Below are positions 13,209 through 28,100 of a DNA stretch of 64,000 bases, piece after piece; the stretch's first letter is position 1; each line of letters opens with the position of its first letter. Under the pieces are notes generated by a model. That model was not told the DNA's origin. It made no database searches and saw only the letters and a list, made by a program, of their open reading frames with translations. Both the position numbers and the translations under genes were made by a program. Source of the DNA: Mytilus edulis (taxonomy: Eukaryota). The stretch spans positions 78,244,001 to 78,308,000 of the forward strand of contig NC_092351.1 in the NCBI RefSeq assembly GCF_963676685.1, in the 5' to 3' direction.

Positions 13209-13947
13209 GCTTCACATTTTGTTCCTGATGAGTATAGATAAACAAATCTTCGATATGTGATCATGGCATGCATGTTTGCTACTTTGCATTTGACAATGAA
13301 TTATAGACTTATACTGTATGCATTGTTTGTTCCTTGTTATCATGCTCATGTAAAATGTAAAATGTAACCATTGAATCATAAACAAGAACTTAATTTTAGA
13401 ATTAAGTGCACGCACAAGACATGTTTAATGATAACACTTGCAATTAGAACAAATCTTGACTAAACTATCACTTTACATTTATTAAATTGCATATCAATAT
13501 ACATGTTTTAATTGATACCTGTACTAAGACCAAAATCGTATAAATATGTTCCCTGCTACACACATGTATATACAACCACTTATTTCGTTGTCATCTACAT
13601 TTCGATGTGACAATTAAACATGTACAAAACAAATTTGAATTGTAACTTTGCTATCACCATATGGAAAAGCAATATAACTCTCCAGTCTTAAACCACTGGT
13701 TAGCTACTACTGCATTATCATATTCTGTAAAGATTCACTAAAGAAAAGAGGACGATATAAATCAGTGTCGTCAACATTTTCAACTAAACCCCTTCCTATT
13801 GGTTCACCACCATTAACCATACAGTGAAATATAAACTTAAAAAAACAGTATGATAAGGTATATCAAACCATCTGTGTTTTTTAATTATGATTCTTAGATT
13901 ATTTAAATATCTACTGCTAAATCTTCAATCCGAAGCATTGTTTAACA

Positions 13948-14050
13948 TAAAATTGAAGATGGAAGTGGAGAATGTGTCAAAGAGACAACAACCCGACCAC
14001 AGAAAAAACAACAGCTGAAGGTCATCAACAGGTCTTCAATGTAGCGAGAA
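13948..14050 (-). mobile_element. Short 3'-terminal fragment of the Naiad-type element
   Basis: AAAATTGAAGATGGAAGTGGAGAATGTGTCAAAGAGACAACAACCCGACC...GGTCTTCAATGTAGCGAGAA resembles 28423-28522. Confidence 0.65.
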
Positions 14051-14854
14051 GTTTAAATGTGGCCAATATTTCTAACTGTACGCTCATCATCATGCTTAAT
14101 TTGTAGATCAATGCGTGTTTGTTTTTACAAAATTTGTTTTCTATATGCGTGTATTTCGTTTTCTCCTGCAATCAGGAAACGATTGTACCAATTACATGTA
14201 CACATATACATTTTTTGCCTTTTTGTACTTTCGCAATTCAAGTCTCGTATTTAACGGTTTCCTTGTTAGCGAGAGGTCATGTTAATATTTCTCTTTGTCA
14301 TGAGTAAAAGTTAATTTTGGGGTTCTTTTCGCGGTTTCCATTCAAACTAGTTCGAATTTTGAAAAATCAGAGAACACGATTTAGGTTTAACAACGTAAGA
14401 TTCATGTACCGCAAGGTAAATTGCAGTAAATTAATAATATGTGAACATAGGAAATATAAAATGTATTTTTACTTGCTACTACACAGGAGAAAACGATTAG
14501 CCAGTCTCGCTTGTTGACCTGCTCTTAAAAATTAATTAAATATTTTCCGACAATGTACAAATACTGTTAGGTCACTAAATGTCTTGCGTCAAGAAACCAA
14601 AACATTAAATTGATAGGAGGTGGAATCATCGATATTCCCCCTCCCGATGCGTGACTGGAAAATAAGTATATGGTCACTTCAGGTCTGCAATTTACCTGCA
14701 GTAACACCTTTGCCAAACTGGGGCATTTGTTTTGCTGTGCTGGTTGTATCAAGTTTACAGCCATGCTGGAACAGTAAGGGGACATTTGATGTGATGCCTA
14801 ATGTAAAGATGGAGTCACACTCTCCTCACGTTACAAAATGCACCAGTACTATCG

Positions 14855-15150
14855 AAATGGGGAAGCTACTAACTACAGACATGGAAAAGTTAGATTGTTT
14901 GATTGTTTAGCAGAACACTTCAAAATATGTCCTGAATAGGACTGAAATTAGACAAACGAGGATTTACCTGACATTCAACCGCCTGAAATAGACACAGAAG
15001 CTGTATGCAAAAATGAAATTAAAAAGACAATTAGACAACTTAAAAATGGTAAAGTACCAGGCATAGATAACATCAGTATAGAATTACTGAAATCAGACAT
15101 AGAGTTAACAAGCGAGATGATACATTATCTATTTACCAGCATATGGATAG
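14855..15150 (+). mobile_element. Degenerate LINE (RTE-like) ORF2 fragment
   Basis: Translates to EAVCKNEIKKTIRQLKNGKVPGIDNISIELLKSDIELTSEMIHYLFTSIW, the KNGKAPGxD domain-0 motif of non-LTR RTs. Confidence 0.75.
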
Positions 15151-15382
15151 ACTATGGTCATAAATAGATATAAGAAGATGTGGTATGAGTGCCAATGAGA
15201 TAACTCTCCTTCTAAATCACAATTTGTAAAAGTCAACTTTTATAGTTCAAAGTATGGCCTTCAACACGGAGCTTTGGCTTACACCGAACAGCAAGCTATA
15301 AAGGGCCCCATGAACAAACGACAACTTCTGAACATCAGATTCCTGTATATACAGGTATCAATGATAAATTAATACATGTTAA

Positions 15383-15938
15383 GGTGGTATGGGAGTCTTT
15401 CTCCATCTTGGATTGTAAAAAAAAGAGAATCTAAGGTCCAGATGTTCTATCCAGTTAGCAAAATTTGATTCAGGAATGCAGATATCTAATGTGAATGTGA
15501 AAAACTAATATTTATACAGGTGTAGATTATTTTTGGTTGTTTTTCAATGTTTTTAAATTGGCATTTTAAGGGGAGGTAACTCTAAAATAGTGCATTTTCT
15601 GAAGGCATCTACATGAAATTTTCCTATTTTGTATTTTAGCCGGAAAAAATGTACGGTGACCCTATCTTTTCTTTTGATATTCTCAAAGCTTTGTCTGAAA
15701 GCTGTCGTTTCCTAATTTATTTTACAATTCTATTATTTAGTTTAGTTTCTTATCACAAAATGGTGTTTTTTCCTGTATAATTCATACAAAATGATTCCTT
15801 TTTCAACAACCTGTAGCTTTAGAAAATGCACGGTGAATTATCATTTTTATTATATTTCTAACCATATATCAATAGATACTACGTTTTGGCAAAGTATGAA
15901 CAAATTCTATCATTTTTATTTTAGACTCCCATACCACC
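15383..15938. mobile_element. Non-autonomous DNA transposon with TTAA TSD (Kolobok-like)
   Basis: Perfect TIR GGTGGTATGGGAGTCT / AGACTCCCATACCACC flanked by TTAA on both sides; purine termini. Confidence 0.8.
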
Positions 15939-16204
15939 TTAATTCAAATTTATACAATATTAAACACAGTTAACACTGGATAGTTACTCCCTAATAACAA
16001 GCACGTGAACGAGGTTTTTATTGAGGGAGTGTCTGATCTTTGTGCTGATTTCATTAGAAAGCAAAAAGCATGGATGTATATCTGATTTTTTTTACAACTA
16101 GTCAATTTGTATTCTTTTCTTTTTTTCGCAATATATAAATGTCTTTGTGTACTGGAAATTAACTCTCTTTGCATCGAAAATAAACACATTAATAAAAAAA
16201 AAAA

Positions 16205-16375
16205 AAACAGTTGTTGGCATGATGTGGGTTATGTTCTTCTCATGTATTCTATGATGGTATGATACCGAACCCGGGGGGGATAGTTCTTGATTTTCATATG
16301 ATGCAGAAATATCCTTTCAATCAGTTTAATTGAAATCTAGAGCTGGCATGTCAGTAACTGCTAGAAGTCATTTGT
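16205..16375 (+). mobile_element. Fragment of the Naiad-type 3' UTR
   Basis: Similar to the reverse complement of ~28875-29045 (ACAGTTGTTGGCATGA...GAGCTGGCATGTCAG). Confidence 0.6.
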
Positions 16376-16704
16376 TAAGTTTAATTTTTTTTTTAGCATA
16401 CTTCATAATGAATATATTTTTGTAACGTCTTTCTCTACTAAAAGTTTATGAAGAAATAAACACACACACGTATTTGATGTATTTGTCCTTCTGAAATTAA
16501 CATCATTACATTATGAAATGTAACAATCATGATGACACGAGATCCCAAAAATAAAGTGCACTCACTGAGTGGTAAATTAAAGAAAAACTTGATAGAAATC
16601 GTGTTTTTATGATTCTAGCTAAATAAATGTAATTTTAAGTATTTTTAGATTTGTTGATCTCAACTAACTGTTGGTGCTGTTACACTATTTGTAATTACAG
16701 ATCA

Positions 16705-17025
16705 ATGGATCAAAGTGCAGAAGCAAATGGAATTGAAGGTTGTTCAGGCTGTGGTGTCCGTCTGCCCCCTGCAAACCCCAATTGGGACTTTGTTAAAGCA
16801 TGCGAAGCAAATCCGAATATGAAAACGTTTTGTTTTTCGACTAGAGCGGAGTACCCTGTGGTTGTATCAGCTGGTATACGTGTTGGTCAAAAAGGAGATA
16901 CTGCTGAGTTCGGATTAAAGGGTTCGGATCAAACAACTATAGGAGAAAAACTCTTTAAATACTTCAGAATATATACCCAGCGAAATCAACATCGTTATTG
17001 GTGTTCTGAATGTTTTGGTCTCTGA
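16705..17025 (+). pseudogene. Truncated paralog of the 12786-13208 protein (106 aa)
   Basis: Near-identical coding sequence and acceptor. The N-terminus MDQS has lost Gly2, and homology stops right after CSECF. Confidence 0.7.
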
Positions 17026-19035
17026 TTTCTTCTATTTACGTGCCTAACAGTGCTCGTATACTAAAATTGGCATCCCCTATGAATATTACAGTATGTTTTT
17101 AACAACTATTAGGGCCCATATAAGGTTTGTTCAAGGTGGAGAAGTTGACTATTTCCAACGTACTGTGGTTTCCAGTGAAAGTCCAAAACTCTTTCATTCA
17201 TCTTGGTCGACTCAGTTTGCGGATTATTTATTTGTTTTCGTTCTGTATATATTTGAAATATTTTCCATTAAAATTTAAGCAAACAACAGAAAAAAATAAA
17301 TTGCATGGCCTCATAACTTACACATAATTATGTTAATAACGTAATAATAAAATTACTGTACATTAATGTAGTTTGGAATCACTGACGTATTCAACAGTAT
17401 CTCAAGCTATACAAGTTTTTTGACATGAGAAAGTGTTTAACAATTCCTAATAGAAAACCAACATGATTGATGTACAAAGGATGGCGGTACCGCTAACTTT
17501 TATATAATAACATTGCATGTTTTTGTTTCGTTATGATACGTTATTTTGATTGGCAAACAGCAATTTCGCGTCCTTCTGAAATTAACATCATTACATAATG
17601 AAATGTAACAATCATGATGACAGGAGATCCCACAACAAAGTGCACTCATGCAGTACTGCCCAATACATTTGCAGCTGTATGGCTTTGCACGGATGATCAA
17701 TATCTAATGATTATCCTTATAACAGTTTGAAACATGACAATTGTTATTATGCTAAAATAGAGGTACCAGAGTTTTGAAATTTCGCTTAACCGCTTAATCG
17801 TTAAGTATGCAATATCATGTAACCGAATGGATTCTTACGTGAACGGTACATGTTGTATTCATTGTCTTAGCGTCTCCTGCTCTGCGAACAAAAAAAAAAC
17901 ACTAATGCAGTTGTTTGTTTTATAACATGTATAACGAATGACACGTTACCATTCCAGTTAACCATCTATTAAATAATGAAAAATGTGAGAATTGCAGAAA
18001 TAATTTTATTGTATATGTTATCCATATGAATACAGTAGTTTCAAACTGTTACATTTATGAAAATATTTACAAAAGAATAACACTAAAATAGCACAAAAAC
18101 CTTATTTTGAATCATTGTTTTTAATATTGAAAGTTGTATCAATCGATACTTATGGAACAGCGTTAATCTCTTATTAGCAATGTCTGAAATATATCGATAA
18201 AGCTACACAAATATTCAAAAAATATAACACCACTCTAACCAAATCGCAGTGTGTAAGAAGTAAACAACCAAGGTCAAAGAACGGTCTTCAAACAGCAAGC
18301 TATATATGGCTATAACTCAAACTATTGTTTAAATGTCTTTTCAAAATTAAAGCCTATTCTTCATTAGAAGGTATTGTTAGTGAGTTTACATATTTAAGTT
18401 ATCGTGACATACGATGCATTAAAATAAATCATATATCACAATAAAATGGTTAAAACAATACATATATAACACAACACATCTGACCTTAAAGATCTTTATT
18501 TGTCAGGCATCTGAATATAATCTGTTTTGACAAAATGAGACATATTTGATCATATTTCTGATAAAATTGAGAATTGAAATGTGGAATGTGTAAAAGACGG
18601 GAACAACAACTTGACAAAGAACACATATTTAATATAAATATAAAGCATGTGTCCGAAATTTCTAGCAAGAAGCCTAATTCTAATCACATCACGATTTTCT
18701 AGAATAGGAATTGGATAATAACATATGAAATCATACTATATTAATTTATTTAACAAAAAATGGACACCTAGAATGTTAACATTTTCGTCTCAAACATGAG
18801 GAATAGTCAACAATGATCCGCCAACAAACGACCAAACTCTCTTTTATTAAACAAAATATCCACAATAACTTACAGAACAAGGAAAAAAACAAGGACAACC
18901 AGAGAATAGGGACATCACAAAGAATACAAGGATTCGAAATGATACCGGGAAGTTCAAACTCATTTGCTTAACCATGAATCCTCGCGGCTACCAACTGATA
19001 CTTTACGATTGCTTTTTATTGTATATAGAAAGGTC

Positions 19036-20790
19036 ACCCCGTATAACCCCGATACAAATGAAACCGGACGTTGACGCGTTCGAAGCGATAATCAGGACAA
19101 TATTTAGGATGACAACAATTTAGAATGCCTCTCTAGAACTTATTTGAGTATATATAAATATGTCAATTTGCATGCTAGTTTATTTATTCAATTATACAAT
19201 TGTTGTTAGTTTTAGATATTGCATATAACGTGTGATAAAACTGCTAGATACAAAACGCACAGACATGGTGCAATTTCATACGTTTTATGAGATAAACAAT
19301 GTTGAATATCTTTTCGTGCATACACCTTTGCGTATTTTAATACATTAAGCAATGACAAATAACTATACTTTGAATTACTACGTGCCTTCAAATGCTCCCT
19401 AGAACTAAGGATAAACGCAATATCATAGTAAATAAGTTTTCTCTTACTGTATTGTTCGTTCCACCAAATGTGTCGCGTTCGTTGTGCGTTTAAAAAAAAT
19501 CACTGTACAGTTCGTTGACAAAAACCGTCACAAATCACTTACTTGTCAAGGTATTCGATATGATGTCGCGACCCTTTTTTTTTGTATTTTATTGTAAATA
19601 TTTATCCGTTAAATTAGTCAAAATAGTTGAACTTAAATCACCAGTCACCCAAAGCCAAAATTGCAGTGTTTAACCAGCGTACATCTGATAGGAATGTTTC
19701 TATTGAAAATTGGGACTTTCAACGTTATTCCAGATGAAATGAACAGTTAATAAATATATTCCAGAGGAAATAAAGTTTCAAAAAGTATAGAACAGTCATT
19801 AAAACATTAATGACTTCCTTTTCACAATTTGAGGCTCTTCAAAATGCTGATGTTGGTCCAAATTCGCATAAACGAAAGCATACATAGGAGATCGTTGAAC
19901 TTAGTTTGCCGAATGCCTTAGATGGCATTCAAACTGCTTTATCTATGGGTGTTTTTTTTTTTTTTTTTTTTTTGTTGTTGTTTTTTTTACATATAAAGCT
20001 TTTTAGATGTGGTGTGATGGCCAGTGATACAACTTTCCACCAAAGTTTAAATAAAGTGGGTGAATAAAGCAATTATAATAGTCCAATGTATAATATTAAA
20101 CAGTGAGGAAAACCTATACCATATAGTCGGCTATAAAAGACACCAATATATAAAAAAATGTGAAAAAATAAAAACGAGAAAACTAATGGTTATTTATTTA
20201 TAACTTATGGATTATTTATCAAAGAAAATATCTATATAACCTATGATATACAGGCCCATGACGTAGAACCGACACGGAAAAAATGCGGCGGGATTAAACA
20301 TGTGAGCCCCAACCCTCTCCTTAACCTGGGACACTGGTGTAACAGCACAACTTATAAAAAAACTATGTACAGTTGCAATTGGCTCAACTCAAAATGTCGG
20401 TACAAGGCACAAAAACCATATTACATAAAATATCGACAAAGGAGTAATTGTAGTAACTGAAGCGAATTAAAACTAAAAGGTAAATCATGTATCTAAAGTA
20501 TTAGTCAGTGAATATGTTCCAGACCGTATGAGTATTTGGACCGTACGCGTGAGGTCTGGGCCGTATGCATACTTTTTCAAAATACTCATATTTGAAAAAC
20601 CTTTTAGTAACTAATGAGTATTATGGCAAAGAATACATTGGAGCAAAATATCCGAAGAATAGATATTGGATTTTCTTTAAAAGTATTAATTTCTTACTGT
20701 ATGAACTCAGTGTTACACGATGTGTTCGATTCGAACGCGTCAACGTCCGGTTTCATCTGTATCGGGGTTATACAGGGTATGGTCTGACTA
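19036..20790. mobile_element. DNA transposon remnant with ~50-bp inverted repeats (possibly Academ-like) and a nested repeat
   Basis: ACCCCGTATAACCCCGATACAAATGAAACCGGACGTTGACGCGTTCGAA at 19036 is inverted at ~20730-20779. The right end is ...GGTCTGACTA; the left terminus is degenerate. Confidence 0.55.
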
Positions 20791-21621
20791 ATATTAAGAA
20801 GTATACATAGAATATCGACAAAGGACGAATGGGAATATACGATCCAATGTCTCGTGTACTTAATGAACCCTTGAAAAGGTCCATAAATATATATAACCAC
20901 TGATTACAAGCTCATGGCTTTAGACAGGCACATACAGAATATGGCGGGATTAAACATGTTAGCGAGCACCTAACCCACCCCTAACCGTACATTGACTGTT
21001 GTTTGGTAAACATTTTCTAAAATGCTATCAAATTAGATATTCAGACGTGTGTATCTGTATGCTTAGTCATATTTGCATCTGTCGAGTTAATGTATTTCTA
21101 CCAATTCAACTTTCGTATACATACAGGGCGAAGGTACAATCCCTGTGTGTCCGTTGTACCAATGTATATCATATATTTTTTTATTTATTCATTTATATAT
21201 ATAAATTAGACAATTAAATCGTAACCTATTGGTAGCCGAGAGGTTTCGTCGATATGTTGATGTTAGTAACACGTAACATAATTCATGGACGATTCCCAGT
21301 GAAGGCTTATAGAAATGACAAAAAATAGAGGTAAGTTTTTAAAATAATTCCATTAGTGAACAGAAATTAGTATATTGGCCAATTCAAACTTAATAAAATA
21401 AGACACACAAAAAAAACAATTGAATATAATTTGGTGAGTCCATTTCAGCGACGGATTCAGGAAGCGTTGATTATAGAAAAAGAATCCACGGTAAATGAAT
21501 AGGCTGACGTCACCAAAATGGTTTAATTCTAGATAGCTAATTCAATCAGATATTTGGTATATGTAAGAGAATAATAATCTTTGTCTTCAGGAATAAATAA
21601 GTACGAAACCGAAATCGTATA

Positions 21622-23140
21622 ATGAATAAACATGTTGGAATTGGTAATTTTAAATTGCATGAAGAAGTGTCCGAATTTGATATCATGCTTTTACCTACCA
21701 AGGATTTAGTGACAATTGAAACCGAGCCTGTCGTGTGTGATGCTGCTGCTACCCGTCGATTTTCGGCTTCAATGTCCGATTTGGATTTTCAAGAAAAAAT
21801 TCTTAAGGCTATCTCTAAGAAAACCAAAAAAAAACAACAAGTGGGCTTGAAGAGTCTGTGTTGCTGGGACTTTAGAAAGAAATTTGTGCAGAGAGACATT
21901 TGATGACGGTGGTGCTTCAATACCCAGTGATTATAACTGCCTTTCAAATGAACTTTAAAACTATTGCATAACATACGTTATTCAAGAAAGTAGACACATG
22001 GATAGCAGCCCTTATCCGCCTAATTCAATGGTCCAGATTGCATCAGGCATTCAACGGTATGCTTACATTTTTAAATTTCAAAGGTGAGTGGAAATGGGGT
22101 AAGGGAGGGGGCTACGGTTGAGATGCATCAACTTGCTACTTTTTTTATATAGATACAACCGTGTTTGTTATGTTTTAGCCGTAGACACCTGGTGTTTATA
22201 TTTAATTAAGTGCATAGTTAAGATTTTACAAAAACAAATTCTGAACTTGTTTAACTGAAATTGGTACTTTTATTTATTAATTTGTCTTATTGTTTTGTCC
22301 TTTACATTAAATTTATTGTTTGTCAATAAATGAATGAGATATAAAGTTTTTGTAAGCGTGACAGTAACCACACAACACAAAAAAACACAATACAGACAAT
22401 TTTCCATCATAAAGTACTTTCAATGGTTCAAACATGTTTTCATCCTGAATATGCATATATACTATGTTTACTTTTTGTCAATAAACAAATAAAATATTAC
22501 GTATTTCTAATTGTGACAGATGCCACACAACACAAGAAACACAAGAAACACAAGACATAAAATTTCCAGCATAAAGTACTTTCAATGATTCAAACAGGTT
22601 TTCGTCCGGAATATGCGTATCTGTTGATTTTACTGTTTTTCAACAAATAAATTTTTCGTGCTCTTGACGAACATAAAGAACTTGACGTAAATCAATATCG
22701 TATTTCCGTTGATGCGAATGGTAGAAAGTAACTGCATTATACCGAGGGGCTATTTAAAAATGTACAAGGTGGCCTTAACGATAGAAATATTGATGTTAAA
22801 CGTATAACGTAGAAAAGTGATCCAACGAATCCTTGATGCCTAGTAAAGATTTTTGAAAAGTATTTATCGTTAATTCCACGTGAGGGTAGATTTTACCGTA
22901 AGCCTCTACCCCATTAAGCTTCAAATGGTTCAATCCGCTTCAGTGTGCAGCCTATAGGAATAAACACTTTATCTTGTACAATGAAGGAACTATTCAAGGC
23001 TGCTGGAATTTCGATGACAGATCGAAATATTTCTAATCATTTTGGAAAAGTCACTTGCTGTACTGCGCTCTTTAATACAGGATTTACTGATTCAACTGGT
23101 CACTGATCGTCGGCCCTAGACAATATAAGCGTCCATTGGA
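21622..23140 (+). pseudogene. Decayed Crypton-type tyrosine recombinase (DUF3504-like)
   Basis: Manual translation gives YVIQESRHMDSSPYPPNSMVQIASGIQR (~21975-22057). From ~22655-23135 it gives FRALDEHKEL..FKNVQGGL..CLVKIFEKYLSLIP..FYRKPL..QPIGINTLSCTMKELFKAAGI..NISNHFGKVTCCTALFNTGF..TGH*S..YKRP, with several stops and a frameshift. Confidence 0.75.
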
Positions 23141-24909
23141 AACATTGCAGGATAATGTAAGCAAGGCATTATAGCCGCTGTCCGTAAATAAGTACATGAA
23201 GAAGGAAACTGAGTTGTCTGTTCCCAAGAATGATCAAAATAAAGGTGAAAACAAAGAAAACAATGACAGTACAATGACAATAAATGTGCCAAATTCAATA
23301 AACATTGTTGCTATTATCAAAAATGGAAAAAGATATTGTGTGGAAATTTGAATTTATTGTGTATTAAAAATTTATTCATTTTTGTTTATATTCAAACAAA
23401 TCATTAATGTTTATTCAAAAAACCAAAGGTGGTAAAATCTTCTTTCAACACTCTTTCCTAATGTCCAAAGGCAATTTTTGCTACAGTAAATGGTCATTTG
23501 TATATTTCACAGAACAATAAGGTAATCAGCTACTAATAACATGTTTCGCGTCATTCTTCACCATTAAGAGGGTGAAAAGTTGTGCATTCATTGGTCCAAA
23601 ACACTTTACTGTGTTCTAAATTCAGATCGAAAATCTGTTGTTGTGGTTTGTTGATATCTTACATATTTATATTTCGTTCATTAATTTTTACATAAGTTTA
23701 GCCGTTAGTTTTCTCGTTTGAATTGTTTTAAATTTGTCATTTCGATTTTTTCTTATAGCTGACTATGCAGTATGGGCTTTGCTCATTGTTGAAGGTCATA
23801 CGATGAACTAACGATGTATTTTCTGTGTCTGTTCGTCTCATGTAGAGAGTAGTCTCATTAGCAATCATACCACATCTTCTTTTTAATATGCTTAAATTAC
23901 ATTCCCCTCCTATCTATAACATCGTTTTTTAAATGATGTTAAATGACTAGAGTATGAGTAAAGGTAACGGAAGGAAAGGAAGATAAATTACACTGTTTGT
24001 TTTAAATTAGAATTTTCAACACCCGCGTGCAAGTGGCGTGACACGCATATTATGAAACATTTGATTAGATAGTTTAAGAAACAAAAAAGTAATTGTCATT
24101 GTAACTGGACAGTGTTTTATGATACTGTGGCGTTAATTGACAGCAATGACTCGGATAAAAGAGGAACGAAAGATACCAAAGGGACAGTCATGCAGGAAGT
24201 TACTTTCAACAAGATATTCCTAGAAAACACATAGTTTTCTATGCACTAAAGTTTCACCAAAAAATATCAATCAATAACTTTCATGCGGATGAGACTTATG
24301 CGGTCATGCTAAATTCTTTATTAGATTTTGTCCTGTTGATGAAAGAGAGGTCGTGTCCTGTTTCTGTTAACATGAACGATAGGATTGACTTGATATTTGA
24401 AATAGTTATGTCCTGTCAGATGTTCTGTTACGTTAAGTGGGTTATCTAATGCACGACAATACCTGCATACATAAATAAAATAAGAAAATAAGAAAACAAT
24501 GGAAGAGGTTTAATATATGTGCATCTTTTTACGATATTTGTTTTAATGGTACTAAGATACTTGTGTTAATTACTTGTACATTCTGCAACTATTGTAAATG
24601 ATATTCTCGTTATCTTGTCATTCATTTGCTTATGTGCTTTGTCTATATGCCTTTTTGTGTTACTTCGAAGACTTGTTTGTTGCTCTTCTTTCATTTTTGT
24701 TGGTGCTTGGTCTATATGACTTTTTATGTTTCTTCGTTACATGTATTACGTGGCTCTGTATACATTCCGTCATTGTGTTATTGTACTATGGTATATTTGT
24801 CTATTCTTGTCTTTAATGTTTACTAATATGACTGGTCTGTATGCTATGTTGTGCTTCTTTGTTATATGTTTATGTACTTTTAGAGATTAGGTTGAGAGCA
24901 AAATGATGA

Positions 24910-25180
24910 TTTTTACATTTTAGGTCAGTTTGTTTTGTTCATGCATCGTTGTCAATGTAATGGAATTTGATGCGACTGCCATACAAGTAATAGATTAAGC
25001 TAGCTTTAAAATCAGTTTCAATCCACAATGTTCTACATTAGAAAATGTCTCTCTCAAGTCAGGAATATGACAGTTATTATCCATTCGTTTTATGTGTTTG
25101 ACCTTTTCTTTTTTTTGTTTTATTAGGAACTTTCTGTTTTGAATTTTCCTCTGAGTTCAGTATTATTGTGCTTTTACTTT
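24910..25180. repeat. Dispersed repeat family (AATACTGAACTCCGAGGAAAATTCAAAA terminus)
   Basis: Related copies at ~30080-30360 (same orientation) and ~33055-33310 (opposite orientation). Confidence 0.6.
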
Positions 25181-28100
25181 ATCCAACTCTGTTGTTTGGT
25201 TAGCCTTGACGGTAGTCTCAATTATAATAGGATTGTGGTCGAACGATCGACAGACGACGGATAACGATTGAAATTGACAATAATATTCAACATGGTTAGT
25301 AAGGTAAGGGGATTGAATAATGGTCATTTTTTGTGCAATCTGGGAAATAATGAACCTATACATCAGTATGTGTCGTGTATTGCTGTGTATCATTTATTAT
25401 TTTGTACACCAGCAAACCGCTTTTTGTCATTTAAGCGCCTTAGCTAACTATGCGATATGGGCTTTGCTGAACATTGATATAAAGATTGCTATGGAATGCA
25501 AATGCAACATAAAAATTGAGTCTGAAAGAAGATATTTCGAGAACAATAAAAACTACCTCATGTATCCGTCTCAACTACATTATCGCTTCTGTATCGGATA
25601 TTATAAATGCGTTAGTTGGAAGTTCTTATACAAGGAAAGGTAGATGATTATTAGATTTAGTCAAATAAAACAGTTCTCTACGAGTTTTGCAGATAATTGA
25701 AAAAAATACGTTAAGTATATACACTTGCAAACTAAACATGTAATCGATAATACTGTTGAAGACTTAATGGTCTTATCAGTCTATATATCTTATGTACATG
25801 GAGTGTAGTGATTTGTGAATTATTAACTTTCTCTTCTTTTCTGGATCCTTGTTTTTATATCATGAAGTTATTGTATCTCAATTCAGGTATTTTACATGTT
25901 CTATTACTATCATCTTCATCGTTTGTCAACATTGAATTTAAAAAGCTATCGTAAAACGTTTTTAAGTATTCAAGTACTAATGTAGTGATAACCAAGAAGA
26001 AAAGAGGAACATTTACAATTGAAATTGAAATTGTATATGTATTGAATTTAACAATATTACAGTATGAGGAAGCAGAAATTAAAATATTGGTTATACAATA
26101 AGTTCATATAATAAAACAATAAAACATATCAAATGGTTTTGTTTACATGTCCATAATAAAGGTATTGACTTTCTTAAATGTTAACTACGGTACATGAAAT
26201 TATATACACATGATACATTTGTTTACAAAATACCTCATTATTTTCATATTTTTATTATATATTTTTTTTTCAATTAACATATCTTTTTAGTATTAGCGTT
26301 TTAAAACGTCAGTTACAACATATAAATTTGATATATTTTGCACTCAAACAATTTCTAATATAATTTGTAATTCTGTATAATAATGGATTTTAAAATAATA
26401 ATAAAACCAGTACTGCAAGTACATGTTCTTAAGGTGCATACACTTCGGATTTTGGAATACGGAAATATTCTCAGGAAAATAACAAAAAACATCTGATACC
26501 AACATTTGACAAAAAAATTCACATAAGATATAAAAACTCTGCAGCTGCCACTTGAAACCCGCTTCAAAATATACAATCGTGCACATGTATTATCGTGTTC
26601 TTGCTTTTTATTTAAAGGAAGGATGTAATTAGGAAATTGTCTACAACGGTAAAACCGGTAACCTGTCAGTTGAGCTTTGTATTTATAGCATTTTCCGTGA
26701 CAGTTCATATTCAAACAACTACGCTCATTTGTTAAAAAAGTTTCAATTACAATGGTTACAGAGTTCTTATTCATTGCAATATAAACAAAACATGCAAACC
26801 AAATTAAAATAAATTATATGATCGTTCAGTGTTTGTCAAATAATTGTAGAATTCCTGATATTGATCATGTTGATCAACTCGAACATGGTACAAAACTGGC
26901 CATTTGTCTCATGCTAAATACATTTAACAACATTGATTTATATATGGAATGAATTGTAGGTTACATTAATAAGTGCGTAAGACCTTGTCGGAGATAAAAA
27001 ACGAAAACATTATTCGCTATGTGAAAATATATAAAATACACTTAATTTGGTGCACAAATTCATATAATCAATACAAAAATCGTACTTAAAATTTGACTTG
27101 TAATGTCATTTCAAATTAACAAGTAAAAATAGTTAAAAATGTTTGTGCAATGTTTCTTTACTTAATTATTGTTCGGAAAATTAATACAGAATTCGGAAAT
27201 TGCAAATGATGATATTGGTGGATACAGTTATATTGTCAATTAGAATGATAGAGTTTCAAGTAAAAAATTAGTCTTGAAATTCATCATGTGAAGAAATATG
27301 CAACTTTTTTTTTCTTTTCCTGTTCTAATTATAATTCAGATAAAATTATTGTTTTAGAATCGTCAATCCAGAGCACATAATTTTCTTCGTTCATTAATGC
27401 TATTAGTTAATGTAGCTGGTGGCTACAGTTATGCTTTATCTGTGGACCATATGTGTCAATGTCTGACCTTAACAGTGACTCCAACATGTTTCAACTGAAA
27501 AACATAAGTTGTATAAGTAATTAACGGGATTGCACTCATTTCTGCTTGACTCATTTTTTTTTTGTTTATAATAAAAAGTTGTAACACTCCTTATGATATT
27601 TTGTCTCCTAGTCTTCGTAGTTTTGTATTCATTCTGTAAAAAATTATATCACTAACTCTCCCATAGAATCTAAAAATAGTACTTTTTAACAGTTACGAAG
27701 TCCGTGTGTCTTTTATTACTTTACCTCAACTTATTTAGAGGTGAATATATATTGGTGAAAAGCTTCTAAAGCGGGAATTAAACTTCAAACAATAAAACCA
27801 ACAGTTGGTAAATTTAATGCGTCCGAAGCGCGTTTCTATATTATCTTCAAAGGGAAATATGTGTAAGCAAATGATATGTAAGAACAGAAACAACTGATAA
27901 CTTGTATTGACTAAGTTTTGCATACCAAATAGAAGGTACATCGGGTAAAAGAAGACACCAGTTACGAGACAACAAGTTTTTTTTCAGCAAATATTCAATT
28001 CTAATTTGTATTGAATCAAATTGGTCACGTTAAAAATATTATCAAGTAAACAAATCAACTAAAATTATCTTCTAAGATAACATTGTTTTGTGTTGTTTCT

